Shown here: positions 8,428 through 20,396 of the stretch, one piece after another
Layout of the letters: each line of letters starts with the position of its first letter
Position numbering within the stretch: position 1 is the stretch's first letter
DNA from: a virus
Taxonomy: Duplodnaviria > Caudoviricetes
Virus record (IMG/VR): IMGVR_UViG_3300033146_003306
Location: 1 to 54,866 of that record
Reading direction: 5' to 3' (one strand)
Length of the DNA stretch: 54,866 bases
Position numbers and translations under genes: made by a program
The notes under the pieces: generated by a model
Seen by the model: only the letters and a program-made list of their open reading frames with translations
Databases searched by the model: none
Told to the model about the DNA's origin: nothing

Positions 8428-11400
8428 TTATTTTTGCTTTATGCTAACATTTTTTTGATAAGGAAGAACAAACTGTAAATTGTCTTTTTGTAATTTTCTT
8501 GATGGTAATGTACTTTTATCATGGCACATCATTTCTGCTAATAATAATTGCATTTTATTTTCTGATTCAATTATCTGCATTTCGTCCTCATCGAATATAC
8601 TTATTTTTTTATGTTTTTGTTTTGTTTTTGCATAAAAATCAGCCTTGTCGTCAATGCCGTTTATGCAGTCAAACGGCATATAGAAAGTATTTGTTTGCTT
8701 ATTAAATGCCCATACGTGACCTTTGGACAATCCATATTTAGGTGTCATTATTTTATATTGCTTATGAATCATTAATTCAATCATTGTTAATTTCGACTTT
8801 GCTACGTCTTTGTGTTTTTCATCCCATTTAGCAAAAGATAACGCTGCGGCGTAAAATATTTCTGGACAATTAATTTTATACCACATACACCAATATGTAA
8901 TTAATGAGTATGATGCAGAGTGAGAGTTATGAGACACAATGCCATTTGCGATAAAATTATGCCCAACTGTTTCCATCTCTACATCGTATGTCATTTCTAA
9001 TCCGGCATCAACTATTTTTATTACTCTCGATCCTATAGTTGGTATTCCTTTTGAATACCTTTTTATCCTTTCTCCTTTTAAATAATCATATTTTTTGTGA
9101 CAATTGCTACACAAATAAAGTAAATTTTTATCTGCATGATATTTAGAAAAATCGCCTTTTAAAATTTCAAGTGGGATTATATGTGCATACTCATATGTGT
9201 GAGGTATTTCTGAGTCTTTTTTAATTCCACACCTTTCACATACTCCCATAGACCTTTTAAAAACAACCTTTTTTGATGCTTTTAGGGTAATTGACCTTCC
9301 ATCTATGAACCCTATATTTTTTTCACCTCTCTTGAATCCTTTGCCATTGTACGTCTCTCCTGTGCCCCTTGTCTTGTCAGCTATGTTCGTGTTGCTTTTA
9401 TTTGTCTTTTCATACTCTCCTTTTATAACTACAACGCTACCTATGGATAATGAATCAATTCTTTTATATCCATTATGCGTTAATATCTTGTGGTTATGAG
9501 TTCCTTTTATACTCATTCCATTTTCAAGAATCACCTTAAAAACAACTTTGATGCCGTTTTTGTAAATTTTTTTTATTTTTCCAGGACGTATTTTTCCATC
9601 GTCATCCATTTGTAGTACTGTGATTCCTTGTTTTTTGTATTTCTCTCCAACGTGACTATTGGAATACCAACTGTCATAAAGCTCTCTTATCGTCACTTCT
9701 ATTTTTGTGTGTTGATTTCCTGATACTATAATAACAACCGTATCGCCGGATAAGCATTTGTTAAATCCGTATGAAGCCCATTTAAGCAACCCATCCCAAA
9801 ACTCTTTGGCTTGCTCAGGTGATAATGTTTTTTGTTTTATACATCCTTGTCGGAACTTTTCCCAATAAGGCTCAAACTCTTTTGCTTCTCTTTTTTTTCC
9901 TATTATCTTTCTAATATTGTCTGCTTCTGAAAATGGCAGCCCTGCTAATTTAACAATGCATTCCATTACCTGCTCTTGATATGCAAGAACACCGTATGTC
10001 TTTCTTGTTATCTCTGTATAAAACGGGTGTATGTCGTCCCACTTAGTGCCGTTTTTTCTGTCAATGTACATATCTGTCATGCCAGAATCCATTGGCCCAG
10101 GCCTTACCAACGCAAGGCAAGCCGACAGATCATCAAAATTGTTAGGCTTCATTTTTTTAACAACCTGGGTTGATGCCTTTGCTTCTATTTGAAACGCCCC
10201 TAATGTGTTTCCGGAGGATATCTCTTTAAATACATTTCTATTATCCATTGCGATATCTTCCCATTCAATACCGGATTCTCTTCTGCAATTATGGATAACA
10301 TCAAGTGTTGCTAACCCTAATACATCGAGCTTTAACAATCCGTTGTCTTCACAATCACCCATTATTGTTCCGCATATTCTTTTTACTGATTTTCCTTTGT
10401 CTCTTAATATGGTGCATTGACTACCTGACATCAACGACTTTTTATTAACTATTATTCCTGATGCATGAATTGAAGTGCCTCTGATACTCCCTTGACTTTT
10501 TTTTATGTAATCAACAACATGAGGGTATTTATTATTGAATATCCTTCCATATGCAGAGTTTAAACCTTCCTCTAAATGATCTCCTTCGTATGAAAAACAT
10601 GACTTTGCGAAAACATCAACTTCTTTAAGATTAATATCAAAAACCCTTGACACGTCCCTAACGGCCGTTTTTGCCCCCATTCTTAATAAGGTGACAATAT
10701 ATCCTGTCCTATCTTTTCCGTATGTTTCTGTTATATATTTGACTATCTCATGTCTTCTTTTTTGTGAAAAATCAATATCAATATCTGGATAATCATTTCT
10801 TTGCTCGTTAAGAAATCTTGCAAAGATTAAGTTATGTTCAATTGGATCAAGATGCGTCAAATTAAGAAGGTAAGAAACCAATGATCCAGAACAACTTCCA
10901 CGTCCAGGGCCGACAGGTATATCAACTGACCTTGCAAAATCAACTACATCCTTAACTATTAAAAAATACCTGCACAAATCTTTTTTCTCAAACAGGTCAA
11001 ATTCCTCATTTAGCCTTTGTATGTATATTTCATACTTATCTGCTTTTTCTTTGTTCCCTGCAAAATAAAATTCAGGAGTTTCATTTTCTGCAATTGAAAT
11101 ATCTATATTTAACTTGTTCTTGAACCCTTCCATGCAGCTCTGCCATAAAACATCGCTTGCTGATCTATTTGTCTTTTGTTTTATCTTTGGGGGTATTGGA
11201 AGAATTATTTTCTTCTTATTGATTTCCACGTTACATTCATCTGCAATTGACTGTGTATTTCGTATTGATATTTCTATTTCTTCTTTTGGAATAAAATCGT
11301 GCTTATAATTAAGGCATTCTTGTTCGCTCCATAAATAATATGTATCGCAAGGCAGTTTTATTCTGTTCTTGTCTGTCATTTTACCACGGGTGGCAACTGT

Positions 11401-12018
11401 CATTAATACGTCTTGAAGATTTGACTGCGTTTTATCTGGATAATGAGCATCGCAAGTCATAATTAAATCAAGGTTATACTTTAATGCATAATTATACACT
11501 TTCTTATTAAAATCGTAGTGTAACTTTAAGTCATGAGGTTGTATCTCACAAACAATATCTGCGTTATTTTCAAGCAACACTTGTATGTGCTGATCTGCTC
11601 TTGAATTATTTAGCCAACCACCTGGGCAGGCTGTTGAAATTATTATATTTCTTAAGTCTATTTCAAGTATTTTTTTTATGTCTATTTTTGGTTTATAGTA
11701 AAATCCATGAATATTTGCATATGAGCAAAGTGCTTGAAGGTCTTTGAAACCTTGATTATTTTTTGCAAGCATAAGCATATGGGTTGATTGACGTGTTTTT
11801 ATTAATACATCGTCTACAAAATAAAACTCAGCCCCGAATAGAGGTTTTATATCGTGTTTTTTACATGCAGATTGTAGCTGAATTGCGGACAACATATTTC
11901 CGTGTTCTGTTAATGCTATCGCTGATTGACCTAATTCTTTTGCTTTTAACACCCATTTTTCAGGAGATGACACACCGTCTAATGACGAAAACTCTGAATG
12001 GTTGTGAAGGTGTATCAT
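8428..12018 (-). CDS. dnaE: DNA polymerase III alpha subunit (phage DnaE) with intein
   Basis: PHP domain HLHNHSEFSSLDG, GPGRGS, PDIDIDF, KLDVLGL, RPGP, YQEQ, YGFNK|SH. Confidence 0.95.
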   Translation of the reverse strand: MIHLHNHSEFSSLDGVSSPEKWVLKAKELGQSAIALTEHGNMLSAIQLQSACKKHDIKPLFGAEFYFVDDVLIKTRQSTHMLMLAKNNQGFKDLQALCSYANIHGFYYKPKIDIKKILEIDLRNIIISTACPGGWLNNSRADQHIQVLLENNADIVCEIQPHDLKLHYDFNKKVYNYALKYNLDLIMTCDAHYPDKTQSNLQDVLMTVATRGKMTDKNRIKLPCDTYYLWSEQECLNYKHDFIPKEEIEISIRNTQSIADECNVEINKKKIILPIPPKIKQKTNRSASDVLWQSCMEGFKNKLNIDISIAENETPEFYFAGNKEKADKYEIYIQRLNEEFDLFEKKDLCRYFLIVKDVVDFARSVDIPVGPGRGSCSGSLVSYLLNLTHLDPIEHNLIFARFLNEQRNDYPDIDIDFSQKRRHEIVKYITETYGKDRTGYIVTLLRMGAKTAVRDVSRVFDINLKEVDVFAKSCFSYEGDHLEEGLNSAYGRIFNNKYPHVVDYIKKSQGSIRGTSIHASGIIVNKKSLMSGSQCTILRDKGKSVKRICGTIMGDCEDNGLLKLDVLGLATLDVIHNCRRESGIEWEDIAMDNRNVFKEISSGNTLGAFQIEAKASTQVVKKMKPNNFDDLSACLALVRPGPMDSGMTDMYIDRKNGTKWDDIHPFYTEITRKTYGVLAYQEQVMECIVKLAGLPFSEADNIRKIIGKKREAKEFEPYWEKFRQGCIKQKTLSPEQAKEFWDGLLKWASYGFNKCLSGDTVVIIVSGNQHTKIEVTIRELYDSWYSNSHVGEKYKKQGITVLQMDDDGKIRPGKIKKIYKNGIKVVFKVILENGMSIKGTHNHKILTHNGYKRIDSLSIGSVVVIKGEYEKTNKSNTNIADKTRGTGETYNGKGFKRGEKNIGFIDGRSITLKASKKVVFKRSMGVCERCGIKKDSEIPHTYEYAHIIPLEILKGDFSKYHADKNLLYLCSNCHKKYDYLKGERIKRYSKGIPTIGSRVIKIVDAGLEMTYDVEMETVGHNFIANGIVSHNSHSASYSLITYWCMWYKINCPEIFYAAALSFAKWDEKHKDVAKSKLTMIELMIHKQYKIMTPKYGLSKGHVWAFNKQTNTFYMPFDCINGIDDKADFYAKTKQKHKKISIFDEDEMQIIESENKMQLLLAEMMCHDKSTLPSRKLQKDNLQFVLPYQKNVSIKQK
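8926..9756 (-). mobile_element. 277-aa intein with HNH homing endonuclease
   Basis: begins CLSGDT, block B GTHNHKIL, ends TYDVEM..HNFIANGIVSHN|S; internal CERC...AHIIP...NLLYLCSNCH; removal restores GFNKSHS. Confidence 0.93.
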
Positions 12019-12085
12019 TTTTTTAATTTTCCTTTTTTTATTTATTTTTTTTATATCAGGACAAAAAATATCCTGATAGTCTATA

Positions 12086-12388
12086 CTATTTAGGAATGCT
12101 CAGGATTCTCATCCAGTGAGTTATAATTGATGCATAAATAGGGATGTAATTGTACTCTCCATTTTCGCTAAGTTCGTACCATCCCTCCGGAAAATGAGAG
12201 ATTCCTAATTCTTCATCAAACTCACATCCGCAATCATAGTCATTGCAATTGCACTCAATGCTTTTTTTAGAAACAAGCATTCCCATTACTGTTTTTCTCT
12301 TATTTCCTATCTTGCCCACATAAGAAATAATTACTTTTTTATTACTTTCTGGTAGTTTATCCGTTATACATATCCATTTTTGACACAT
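12086..12388 (-). CDS. DUF551-like phage protein
   Basis: KWICITDKLPE...ITHWMRI. Confidence 0.75.
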   Translation of the reverse strand: MCQKWICITDKLPESNKKVIISYVGKIGNKRKTVMGMLVSKKSIECNCNDYDCGCEFDEELGISHFPEGWYELSENGEYNYIPIYASIITHWMRILSIPK

Positions 12389-12407
12389 ATTATATCCCTT
12401 TTTTATA

Positions 12408-14006
<1,599 letters not shown>

Positions 14007-14017
14007 ATTTATTTCCT

Positions 14018-14536
14018 TTATAGTAAATTATTTTTGTTACAAAACGCCTGTGCATCATCAAGGAACTCTCCTAATGTTGAGTTATTATAAATATGCCAAT
14101 CATATTTATAATTAAACACACCTTGATCTGCTTCATTATTAGGGATATTCTCTTGTTTTTTTTCATTAACAATAAGTACCGCTTCACACTTTTCTTTAAA
14201 CTTATTTTTATATTTCTGTATTTCTTCTGGTTCTCTGCACATAACAGTAATTATTTTTTCAGGAGAATGCGTCCAAATAGCAGATATCTCTGCGGCAACA
14301 TATCTAAATATACGATCATCATATGCCGTCATTGCTATCCTCATGTCGTTCCATAGTTTTCTTTTTTTGTCTGTTTTTGGCTCTATCTCAACGCCCATAT
14401 ATTTTTCACAAAATCTTTTAACTTGATCTATTGTGCTTATTTTTCTTATTCCATTTTTTGATAACATATCAATGAAATTCACAAAAGTGTCTTTTCCTGC
14501 TTCTGCTACTCCGTTAATAATAATTAATTTTGACAT
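14018..14536 (-). CDS. dNMP-kinase-like P-loop protein
   Basis: IINGVAEAGKDTF, CREPEE, YDWHIYNN. Confidence 0.7.
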   Translation of the reverse strand: MSKLIIINGVAEAGKDTFVNFIDMLSKNGIRKISTIDQVKRFCEKYMGVEIEPKTDKKRKLWNDMRIAMTAYDDRIFRYVAAEISAIWTHSPEKIITVMCREPEEIQKYKNKFKEKCEAVLIVNEKKQENIPNNEADQGVFNYKYDWHIYNNSTLGEFLDDAQAFCNKNNLL

Positions 14537-14714
14537 TATTTATCCTTTTTTTTAATATACGCTCTTTTTCTGCGTAAAAATTATCTATTTCGATATCGAG
14601 TTTTCCTTAGCTCAGCCGCAGCATTTATTGTTAATTTTTGATTGCAGTAATTGTCTATACACATCATGACTGGAAACAGGTTGCTCTCTATTTTGCATTC
14701 AGCTTTTACACTCA

Positions 14715-16265
14715 CTATTCATCTCCCCAATATGTATCAAGCACTGGTTTTCCTATTTCAAGCCGCTGTAAACAATATAAAACTTTCCCTTTTGTCCCTT
14801 TTCCAAACCTTTGTTTTATATCCATTGCCCTGAATATCCCCCTTGTCTTTTCTTCATTTGTTTGTAAAATCCTTATTCCTGAGTCCATTAAGTGCATCTT
14901 TTTTCTGCTTCCAAACAGCTTTCCTTCATCGTTTTCCTGGCTTGCTGATACTATTGCAATATGCCTTTTCTGTGCTATTGCTTTTAAGTCTCCGTGTATC
15001 TGGTTTAACCCTAATCTTTCGTCTCTTCTATTGTCCTTTTTCATTTCATCTGCATAATCAATAACTCCTAAGTCAATTAAAATATTTTGATGATGGTACA
15101 AATTATGCAAATATGCTTCATAGTCATCTGTCGATAAATCTTCTCGGGGGAAATCGTCTATATATATTCCTGCGTTAACTAATCCTGACTCACTTAAAAC
15201 ATCAAGGTATTCTATTGATTTATCTGCTGTAGCATAGTTAGCTTTTTCAACTTTGTACCATGTTGATGGTTTAAAATATTTTGCACTTGACAGAGGAGTC
15301 GTTTCTTTGCACTTAGTGCAACATATGTGATCTGAATACATATCGAAATCGTGATATGTAGGTATTGTGTATTTTGTTTCTTCTTTAAATCCTGACTTCA
15401 CTGTTCTTGATGTTGCAATAGGATCGACTGATCTTTCACATTCACCTGTCTGGTTAAAGTAACAATCCCATACAGGAATAAACAGTTTATCGTCTTTTTC
15501 TTTGTACAAGCACAGCCCTGACAACATATGTTGTACTCTTAGGTTTGTTTGAAGATTTGTCATCTCTAAAGGCGTAAGTGCAGTCTCTATTCCTGACATT
15601 GCACCATGAAGTGCTATCCACGATAAAAACCAACTTTTACCTATTCCTGATCCCGCTTGTATTAAATAATACCCACCCCTTCTTATAGGCCCTATCATCT
15701 CTCCTATTGCCCCCGGAAGATTTAAAAGTACCTCCCTTTTATCAGACTCATAGCTCTCAATTAAAAATTCTTTATCAGTTAATGCATTAACTGACTTGTT
15801 ATACTCTGCGTCAATAGTTTCAAAACTATTACATACTTGTTCTGCTTTTTTGTATTCTTTTCCTTTTATCATTTCTCCAAGTGTTTCATGGAGTCTTGAT
15901 AATTTGATATGAGTTAAATGATCTGTTGCATTCTTTAAATGAAAGTCTGTGTTGTATAATTTATCAGGTTTATAATTTTCGAGGTCTAAATTGATACTGA
16001 CTAAAAATGTTTTTATTAATTCTTTTTGGTCAGGGTCAATTCTTGTTATGTTATTATATAAATCTTGAATGTGTTGACCAGGAGCTTGATCATACTCTTT
16101 ATAGTACTCTATACATAAATCAGCTATTGTATTTGTATATGGCATTTTCAAGCTGTTTTTTTTATATGTCTTTTCTATTTTTTGTAAAAAATCTGTATTT
16201 AATATCATTTGTGTAATGATATCTCTTTCTATCTTAGAAGAATCAATCTGCTTTTTTTTAATCAT
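14715..16265 (-). CDS. DnaB-like (SF4) replicative helicase
   Basis: AGSGIGKSW, LEM, IDYAD, SASQ, KQRFG. Confidence 0.85.
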   Translation of the reverse strand: MIKKKQIDSSKIERDIITQMILNTDFLQKIEKTYKKNSLKMPYTNTIADLCIEYYKEYDQAPGQHIQDLYNNITRIDPDQKELIKTFLVSINLDLENYKPDKLYNTDFHLKNATDHLTHIKLSRLHETLGEMIKGKEYKKAEQVCNSFETIDAEYNKSVNALTDKEFLIESYESDKREVLLNLPGAIGEMIGPIRRGGYYLIQAGSGIGKSWFLSWIALHGAMSGIETALTPLEMTNLQTNLRVQHMLSGLCLYKEKDDKLFIPVWDCYFNQTGECERSVDPIATSRTVKSGFKEETKYTIPTYHDFDMYSDHICCTKCKETTPLSSAKYFKPSTWYKVEKANYATADKSIEYLDVLSESGLVNAGIYIDDFPREDLSTDDYEAYLHNLYHHQNILIDLGVIDYADEMKKDNRRDERLGLNQIHGDLKAIAQKRHIAIVSASQENDEGKLFGSRKKMHLMDSGIRILQTNEEKTRGIFRAMDIKQRFGKGTKGKVLYCLQRLEIGKPVLDTYWGDE

Positions 16266-16280
16266 TTTAATTTTCTTTTT

Positions 16281-16634
16281 TTATTTTGTTATTTTATTTA
16301 ATTCTATTAGTCTTTCAAGATTGATATTTAATTGCTTTGTTATGAAGTCAACGTCATTTTGAACAATTAGTCTGTATGAAGAATGTTTAACTGTTACTGT
16401 CTGTCCATTAACAGATATTTTTATTGTATTATTGTCAGGCAAAACATTTACTATTCTATCCAACCTTGATTTTAATTGTTTGATACTTGCAATTGTTTTT
16501 TTTGTTTTTTCAAGCTGAATGTCAAGAGTTTTGATTAAATTGTTTGACGTTAGTTTTGTGGCTTTTGTGTTTTTGATTACATCTATTTCTTTATTAGCAA
16601 GTCCTTTGCGGTTATCCCTTCCTAATACAACCAT
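16281..16634 (-). CDS. hypothetical coiled-coil protein
   Basis: ORF with strong RBS. Confidence 0.6.
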   Translation of the reverse strand: MVVLGRDNRKGLANKEIDVIKNTKATKLTSNNLIKTLDIQLEKTKKTIASIKQLKSRLDRIVNVLPDNNTIKISVNGQTVTVKHSSYRLIVQNDVDFITKQLNINLERLIELNKITK

Positions 16635-16660
16635 TTTAATTTTCCTTTTTTTAATTTAAT

Positions 16661-17071
16661 TTATATTTTATTATCAGCAATGTCATTTATAGCCATTTGT
16701 ATCCCCACAATTGTTTTTCTAGAAATTATCTTTTTTCCGTTTGGGTCATCCTCTGCTTTTATTTCATAAATTGAAAATGACCTGGTTGACCTGAAATACG
16801 CAAATGAATATGGCTTACCATTTATATATTTAATTACAATCGGAGTAATTCCTCCGTTATTCTTTTTTATTATTGATGCTATGCCTTGTATCCTGTTTGC
16901 AAGTTCATTCACCACTATCGCAGGGTGAAGTTTTGCGAGTCTTTGTCTTTCATCTATAGGTGATTCTTTTGATACTTGCTTGTAATTAAATACTTTTGTT
17001 TCATTCTCTTTTCTGTCTTTGCCGTTTTTATTATTTTTATTTGATTTAAAATAATCAATTATATTTTTCAT
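16661..17071 (-). CDS. hypothetical protein
   Basis: 136-aa ORF. Confidence 0.6.
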   Translation of the reverse strand: MKNIIDYFKSNKNNKNGKDRKENETKVFNYKQVSKESPIDERQRLAKLHPAIVVNELANRIQGIASIIKKNNGGITPIVIKYINGKPYSFAYFRSTRSFSIYEIKAEDDPNGKKIISRKTIVGIQMAINDIADNKI

Positions 17072-17165
17072 GTCTTTACTTTCTATTTACGTTAATGTTC
17101 AATTTTTTAATTTCTCTTTATTATTTATTACTTATACTTACTTTATTAATTTTTTAAAATACTTT

Positions 17166-17582
17166 TTATTTTATGTTTAATTTTATTTGATTTATTATTT
17201 TTAATAAAAAAACTATGTCGCATTCAGGAATGACATTTTTAATCACCCATAAAGACTGAAATTTGTTGTTTATTACTATAAGTTCCGGTGGAATATTTTT
17301 TATCTCTTTATTTAGAATATTTAAAAACTCATAAAATGTTATTTGTTTTATTTTTAAAACTGATTCCGCCACACTTAAGACATCTAAAACTTTCTGTCTA
17401 TACATTGGATTTTTTTCAAGGACTTTATACGCCGCAACTTGAATAATTATGTTTGCTGTTTGTTTATCTACTGTCTTTGAAATTATTGAGTCTTCACAAT
17501 TATCAATATTAGTAGTAACATTAAGTATTCCGCACCCTGACAATGCACATATAAGCATAGTAATTAATAGTATTTTTCTCAT
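17166..17582 (-). CDS. lipoprotein
   Basis: start re-called at 17582 (AGAGGA RBS): MRKILLITMLICALSGC lipobox. Confidence 0.7.
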   Translation of the reverse strand: MRKILLITMLICALSGCGILNVTTNIDNCEDSIISKTVDKQTANIIIQVAAYKVLEKNPMYRQKVLDVLSVAESVLKIKQITFYEFLNILNKEIKNIPPELIVINNKFQSLWVIKNVIPECDIVFLLKIINQIKLNIK

Positions 17583-17686
17583 TGTTTCCTCTCTTCTTTT
17601 TATTGATTTTTTTATTCTTGTATTTATTCCGCACTTGACATTGACATTCTCAAAACAAAGAATCAACGCACTTTCCTCCTTCATGA

Positions 17687-17869
17687 TTACATATTTTGAT
17701 ATTGATGTTTTGTGCTAACTCTCTCAGGCGTCAACTTTGTTTTACTTAAATTATCTACGTCAATCTTGAATTTAACACTTGCCATTCCTTTAAGTTCTTT
17801 TCCGTCGATTAAGACTTTGTTTCCACAAGCTTTGCCATTAGATATTATCTGTATGTTCTCTGATTTCAT
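17687..17869 (-). CDS. hypothetical protein
   Basis: MKSENIQIISNG..KVLIDGKELKG; start uncertain. Confidence 0.4.
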   Translation of the reverse strand: MKSENIQIISNGKACGNKVLIDGKELKGMASVKFKIDVDNLSKTKLTPERVSTKHQYQNM

Positions 17870-17891
17870 TTTTTTCTTTTCAAATATTACT

Positions 17892-18278
17892 TTATAATTT
17901 TTGAAAATGACTGCCGCCAAACATCCTAACAGCAGAGTACATTAACGTTCTTTTCCATATAGAAACACCGAGATGCTTCATTGCTTCCAAAAAAATAAAA
18001 TCTGCCTGTTTTCTTGATATAAACCTATCGCAATCAACACTGTATAAAAAATCATGTATTACAGTTGCCTTTCCGTATTTTCCGTAAGGGGGGAAATAAC
18101 CTTGTATTGCTTTCGGTATGCTTCCAAAATTAGTCAAAAAACCTTCTGGGGCAGTATACGTTATACCTGACTCTGAAATGTACCTAAATGGTTTTTTTAA
18201 CATAAAATACCCTACATTGTTATCTACAGGTGTAACGACCAATTCTACTGGAAATCTAAATTTTGAACCAGCTCTCAT
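17892..18278 (-). CDS. DUF1353 family protein
   Basis: PEGFLTNFGSIP, ATVIHDFLY, ADFIFLEAM, AVRMFG. Confidence 0.9.
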   Translation of the reverse strand: MRAGSKFRFPVELVVTPVDNNVGYFMLKKPFRYISESGITYTAPEGFLTNFGSIPKAIQGYFPPYGKYGKATVIHDFLYSVDCDRFISRKQADFIFLEAMKHLGVSIWKRTLMYSAVRMFGGSHFQKL

Positions 18279-18608
18279 TTATTTCACCTCCGGTTTTCCA
18301 TAAACTTTAACTATTTCTAATTGAAGGTCGGCAGATGCTTGTTTTTTTGATTCTATTGCTTGCATTAACGCCATTTGCAACCTTATTTTTTCTGGTATTT
18401 TTAATAAATACTTTAAGTTTCCCCCTACAGCTTTTACACATTCTTTTTTTGCGTGTTTCTGGTCTTTAATGCATTGCTTTAATAACGACAATCTATGATT
18501 CATCTGCTTTGAAGTAGAAGACAATAGTATTTTTATTTTTATTCTTGATGTCTGCTCTTTGCATCTTTTATATTTTTCTATTTGAGAAAAGCCTTTTATA
18601 TAGTCCAT
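18279..18608 (-). CDS. hypothetical protein
   Basis: 109-aa ORF with AAGGA RBS. Confidence 0.55.
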   Translation of the reverse strand: MDYIKGFSQIEKYKRCKEQTSRIKIKILLSSTSKQMNHRLSLLKQCIKDQKHAKKECVKAVGGNLKYLLKIPEKIRLQMALMQAIESKKQASADLQLEIVKVYGKPEVK

Positions 18609-18640
18609 AATATTGTCCTTTTAGTAATATTATGGACTAT
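18600..18640. promoter_or_regulatory. 15-bp perfect inverted repeat over a start codon
   Basis: ATAGTCCATAATATT-N11-AATATTATGGACTAT. Confidence 0.6.
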
Positions 18641-18642
18641 GT

Positions 18643-19920
18643 TTATTTTTTGTGCAAATAACTTAATATATGTGCAATGACATCTACTGTCATTCCGTTA
18701 CCTATCGCCTTGTATCTTTGAGTGTTACTTATTTTTACTTTTCCTTTATCATTTACCCCTGTGGAAGTATAATTTTCAGGTAATGTTTGCAGCTTTTCGC
18801 ATTCAATAGGGTGAAATTTCCTTATACAGTCACAGTCTTTCAGTACATTATTTGGGACTCCTTTAAAAAAATTTGCAACAATACAAGTTGATTTTTCATC
18901 TTTGATATCAGAATGATACCCGAAGTCCCAATGCGTCCTTTTTCCGTCTTTTGTTCGTCTATCCATGTACTTAACTGCCTTTTCTGAATGGACAAGTTTG
19001 TCAAAATTAACAACAAGGTGTTCTTTTGTCGTTGAAGTTGTTACGCAATTAGACTTACTCTCATTTCTTTGGGTTAATTCTTTTCCTGTTCTTGGTGAAA
19101 AATCTTTTCCAGTCTCTTTTCTCGCCCTCCTTCTTATCTTTTTTGCGTCACCTGTTCTTGTTTCTGTAAAAGTGACCGGATTTATGACGCTTTTTTTTAT
19201 GAATGACGGTATATGTCCTCCCCCAGATGACGTTTTTACTGTTGGAGACTTTTCTTCAAACACCCTTGGGGTAGTTTCGTTGAAACCTCCATATAAATTA
19301 TGCAGTGCAATTGGCAACGCATCTTTTAAAACAATATTTTTTAATAATATCTTTTTGTCTTCCGGCTGTTCAACTCCTGGAATATTTGTCCAATATAACC
19401 GTTTTCTATTTTGAGCAGATACCAAAGAGCTATTTATTTCTATGTAATTAACACCAATTGCATCAGAAAATACTTTCTTCCACTTTTTACCCATACTACT
19501 AACATTTTCAAGTAAAAAATATTTTGGCTTTAATATTTTCAAAGCTTTTATAAACTCCCAAAAAAGGTATGATTGTCCATCAAACTCAAACCCATCTAAC
19601 TTTAAATTTTCATATTGTTCAAGTGTTAGTATCTCTATCTTTTCTTTTGTAGACAAGCCGCTTCTTTTTCCTGCACAACTTAAATTTGTACAAGGACTCC
19701 CCGCAACAAACAAATCAATTTTAGGAATTTTTTCTAATTCAATGCTTCTTACATCTCCCAGTTGAATTGTCTCAGGAAAATTTTTTTGCGTTATTGAAAT
19801 TGCATATTTGTCGATTTCACTTGCGTAATATTTTTTTATTTTTATATTTTGTTTCTTTAGAGCTAATTGAGCACATGAAATTCCGTCAAAATAACTTAGA
19901 ACATTTATTGAATTTTCCAT
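18643..19920 (-). CDS. C5-cytosine DNA methyltransferase
   Basis: FDGIS, GSPCTNLS, ENV, QNRKRLYW, IGNG motifs. Confidence 0.93.
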   Translation of the reverse strand: MENSINVLSYFDGISCAQLALKKQNIKIKKYYASEIDKYAISITQKNFPETIQLGDVRSIELEKIPKIDLFVAGSPCTNLSCAGKRSGLSTKEKIEILTLEQYENLKLDGFEFDGQSYLFWEFIKALKILKPKYFLLENVSSMGKKWKKVFSDAIGVNYIEINSSLVSAQNRKRLYWTNIPGVEQPEDKKILLKNIVLKDALPIALHNLYGGFNETTPRVFEEKSPTVKTSSGGGHIPSFIKKSVINPVTFTETRTGDAKKIRRRARKETGKDFSPRTGKELTQRNESKSNCVTTSTTKEHLVVNFDKLVHSEKAVKYMDRRTKDGKRTHWDFGYHSDIKDEKSTCIVANFFKGVPNNVLKDCDCIRKFHPIECEKLQTLPENYTSTGVNDKGKVKISNTQRYKAIGNGMTVDVIAHILSYLHKK

Positions 19921-20396
19921 TGATACCCCTCGTGTCTATGGCTTCCTATTTTTTTAAAACATGTGTCGCATCTAAAATAGTTCTTGCTCATTATTTTATT
20001 ACCACAGTCAATGCAAAACCTTGTCTTTGTTTTCTTTTGATCTATTATGTTGTTCCCTGAATACTTATTGTATAAGTCCTTATAAAATCTTCCTGTGATA
20101 ATTGAATTTATTGTTGTGGTTGTTGTTCCTATATGTTTTGCAATCTTTACTTGTGGTGTTTTCTTTGCATATAAATCAAAAATTTCTTTAATCTGGGGTT
20201 CTTTTAATTTATGTCTCCTTACCCTTCCTTGTGTTTTTACGTTTCTATTATATTTTTTATTTGCTTCCTCTATGCATCTGTTAAACTTATCAAACTTTAA
20301 CCTATATTTTTTAGCTGCTTGTTTTCTTGTTATTCCACTAAAAAATAACTCCTGAATATCGTCAAGGTCTTTATTTGTAAATTTAGTCACAAACAT
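19905..20396 (-). CDS. HTH + Zn-ribbon protein
   Basis: two HTH-like segments, CIDC...CDTC. Confidence 0.6.
   Translation of the reverse strand: MFVTKFTNKDLDDIQELFFSGITRKQAAKKYRLKFDKFNRCIEEANKKYNRNVKTQGRVRRHKLKEPQIKEIFDLYAKKTPQVKIAKHIGTTTTTINSIITGRFYKDLYNKYSGNNIIDQKKTKTRFCIDCGNKIMSKNYFRCDTCFKKIGSHRHEGYQWKIQ

Noticed and set aside
12054-12078. Terminator before dnaE
   Set aside because: 8-bp stem is followed by an A-tract, not a U-tract, on the coding strand.
17166-18278. Lysis cassette
   Set aside because: A lipoprotein and DUF1353 are present, but no recognisable endolysin or holin.
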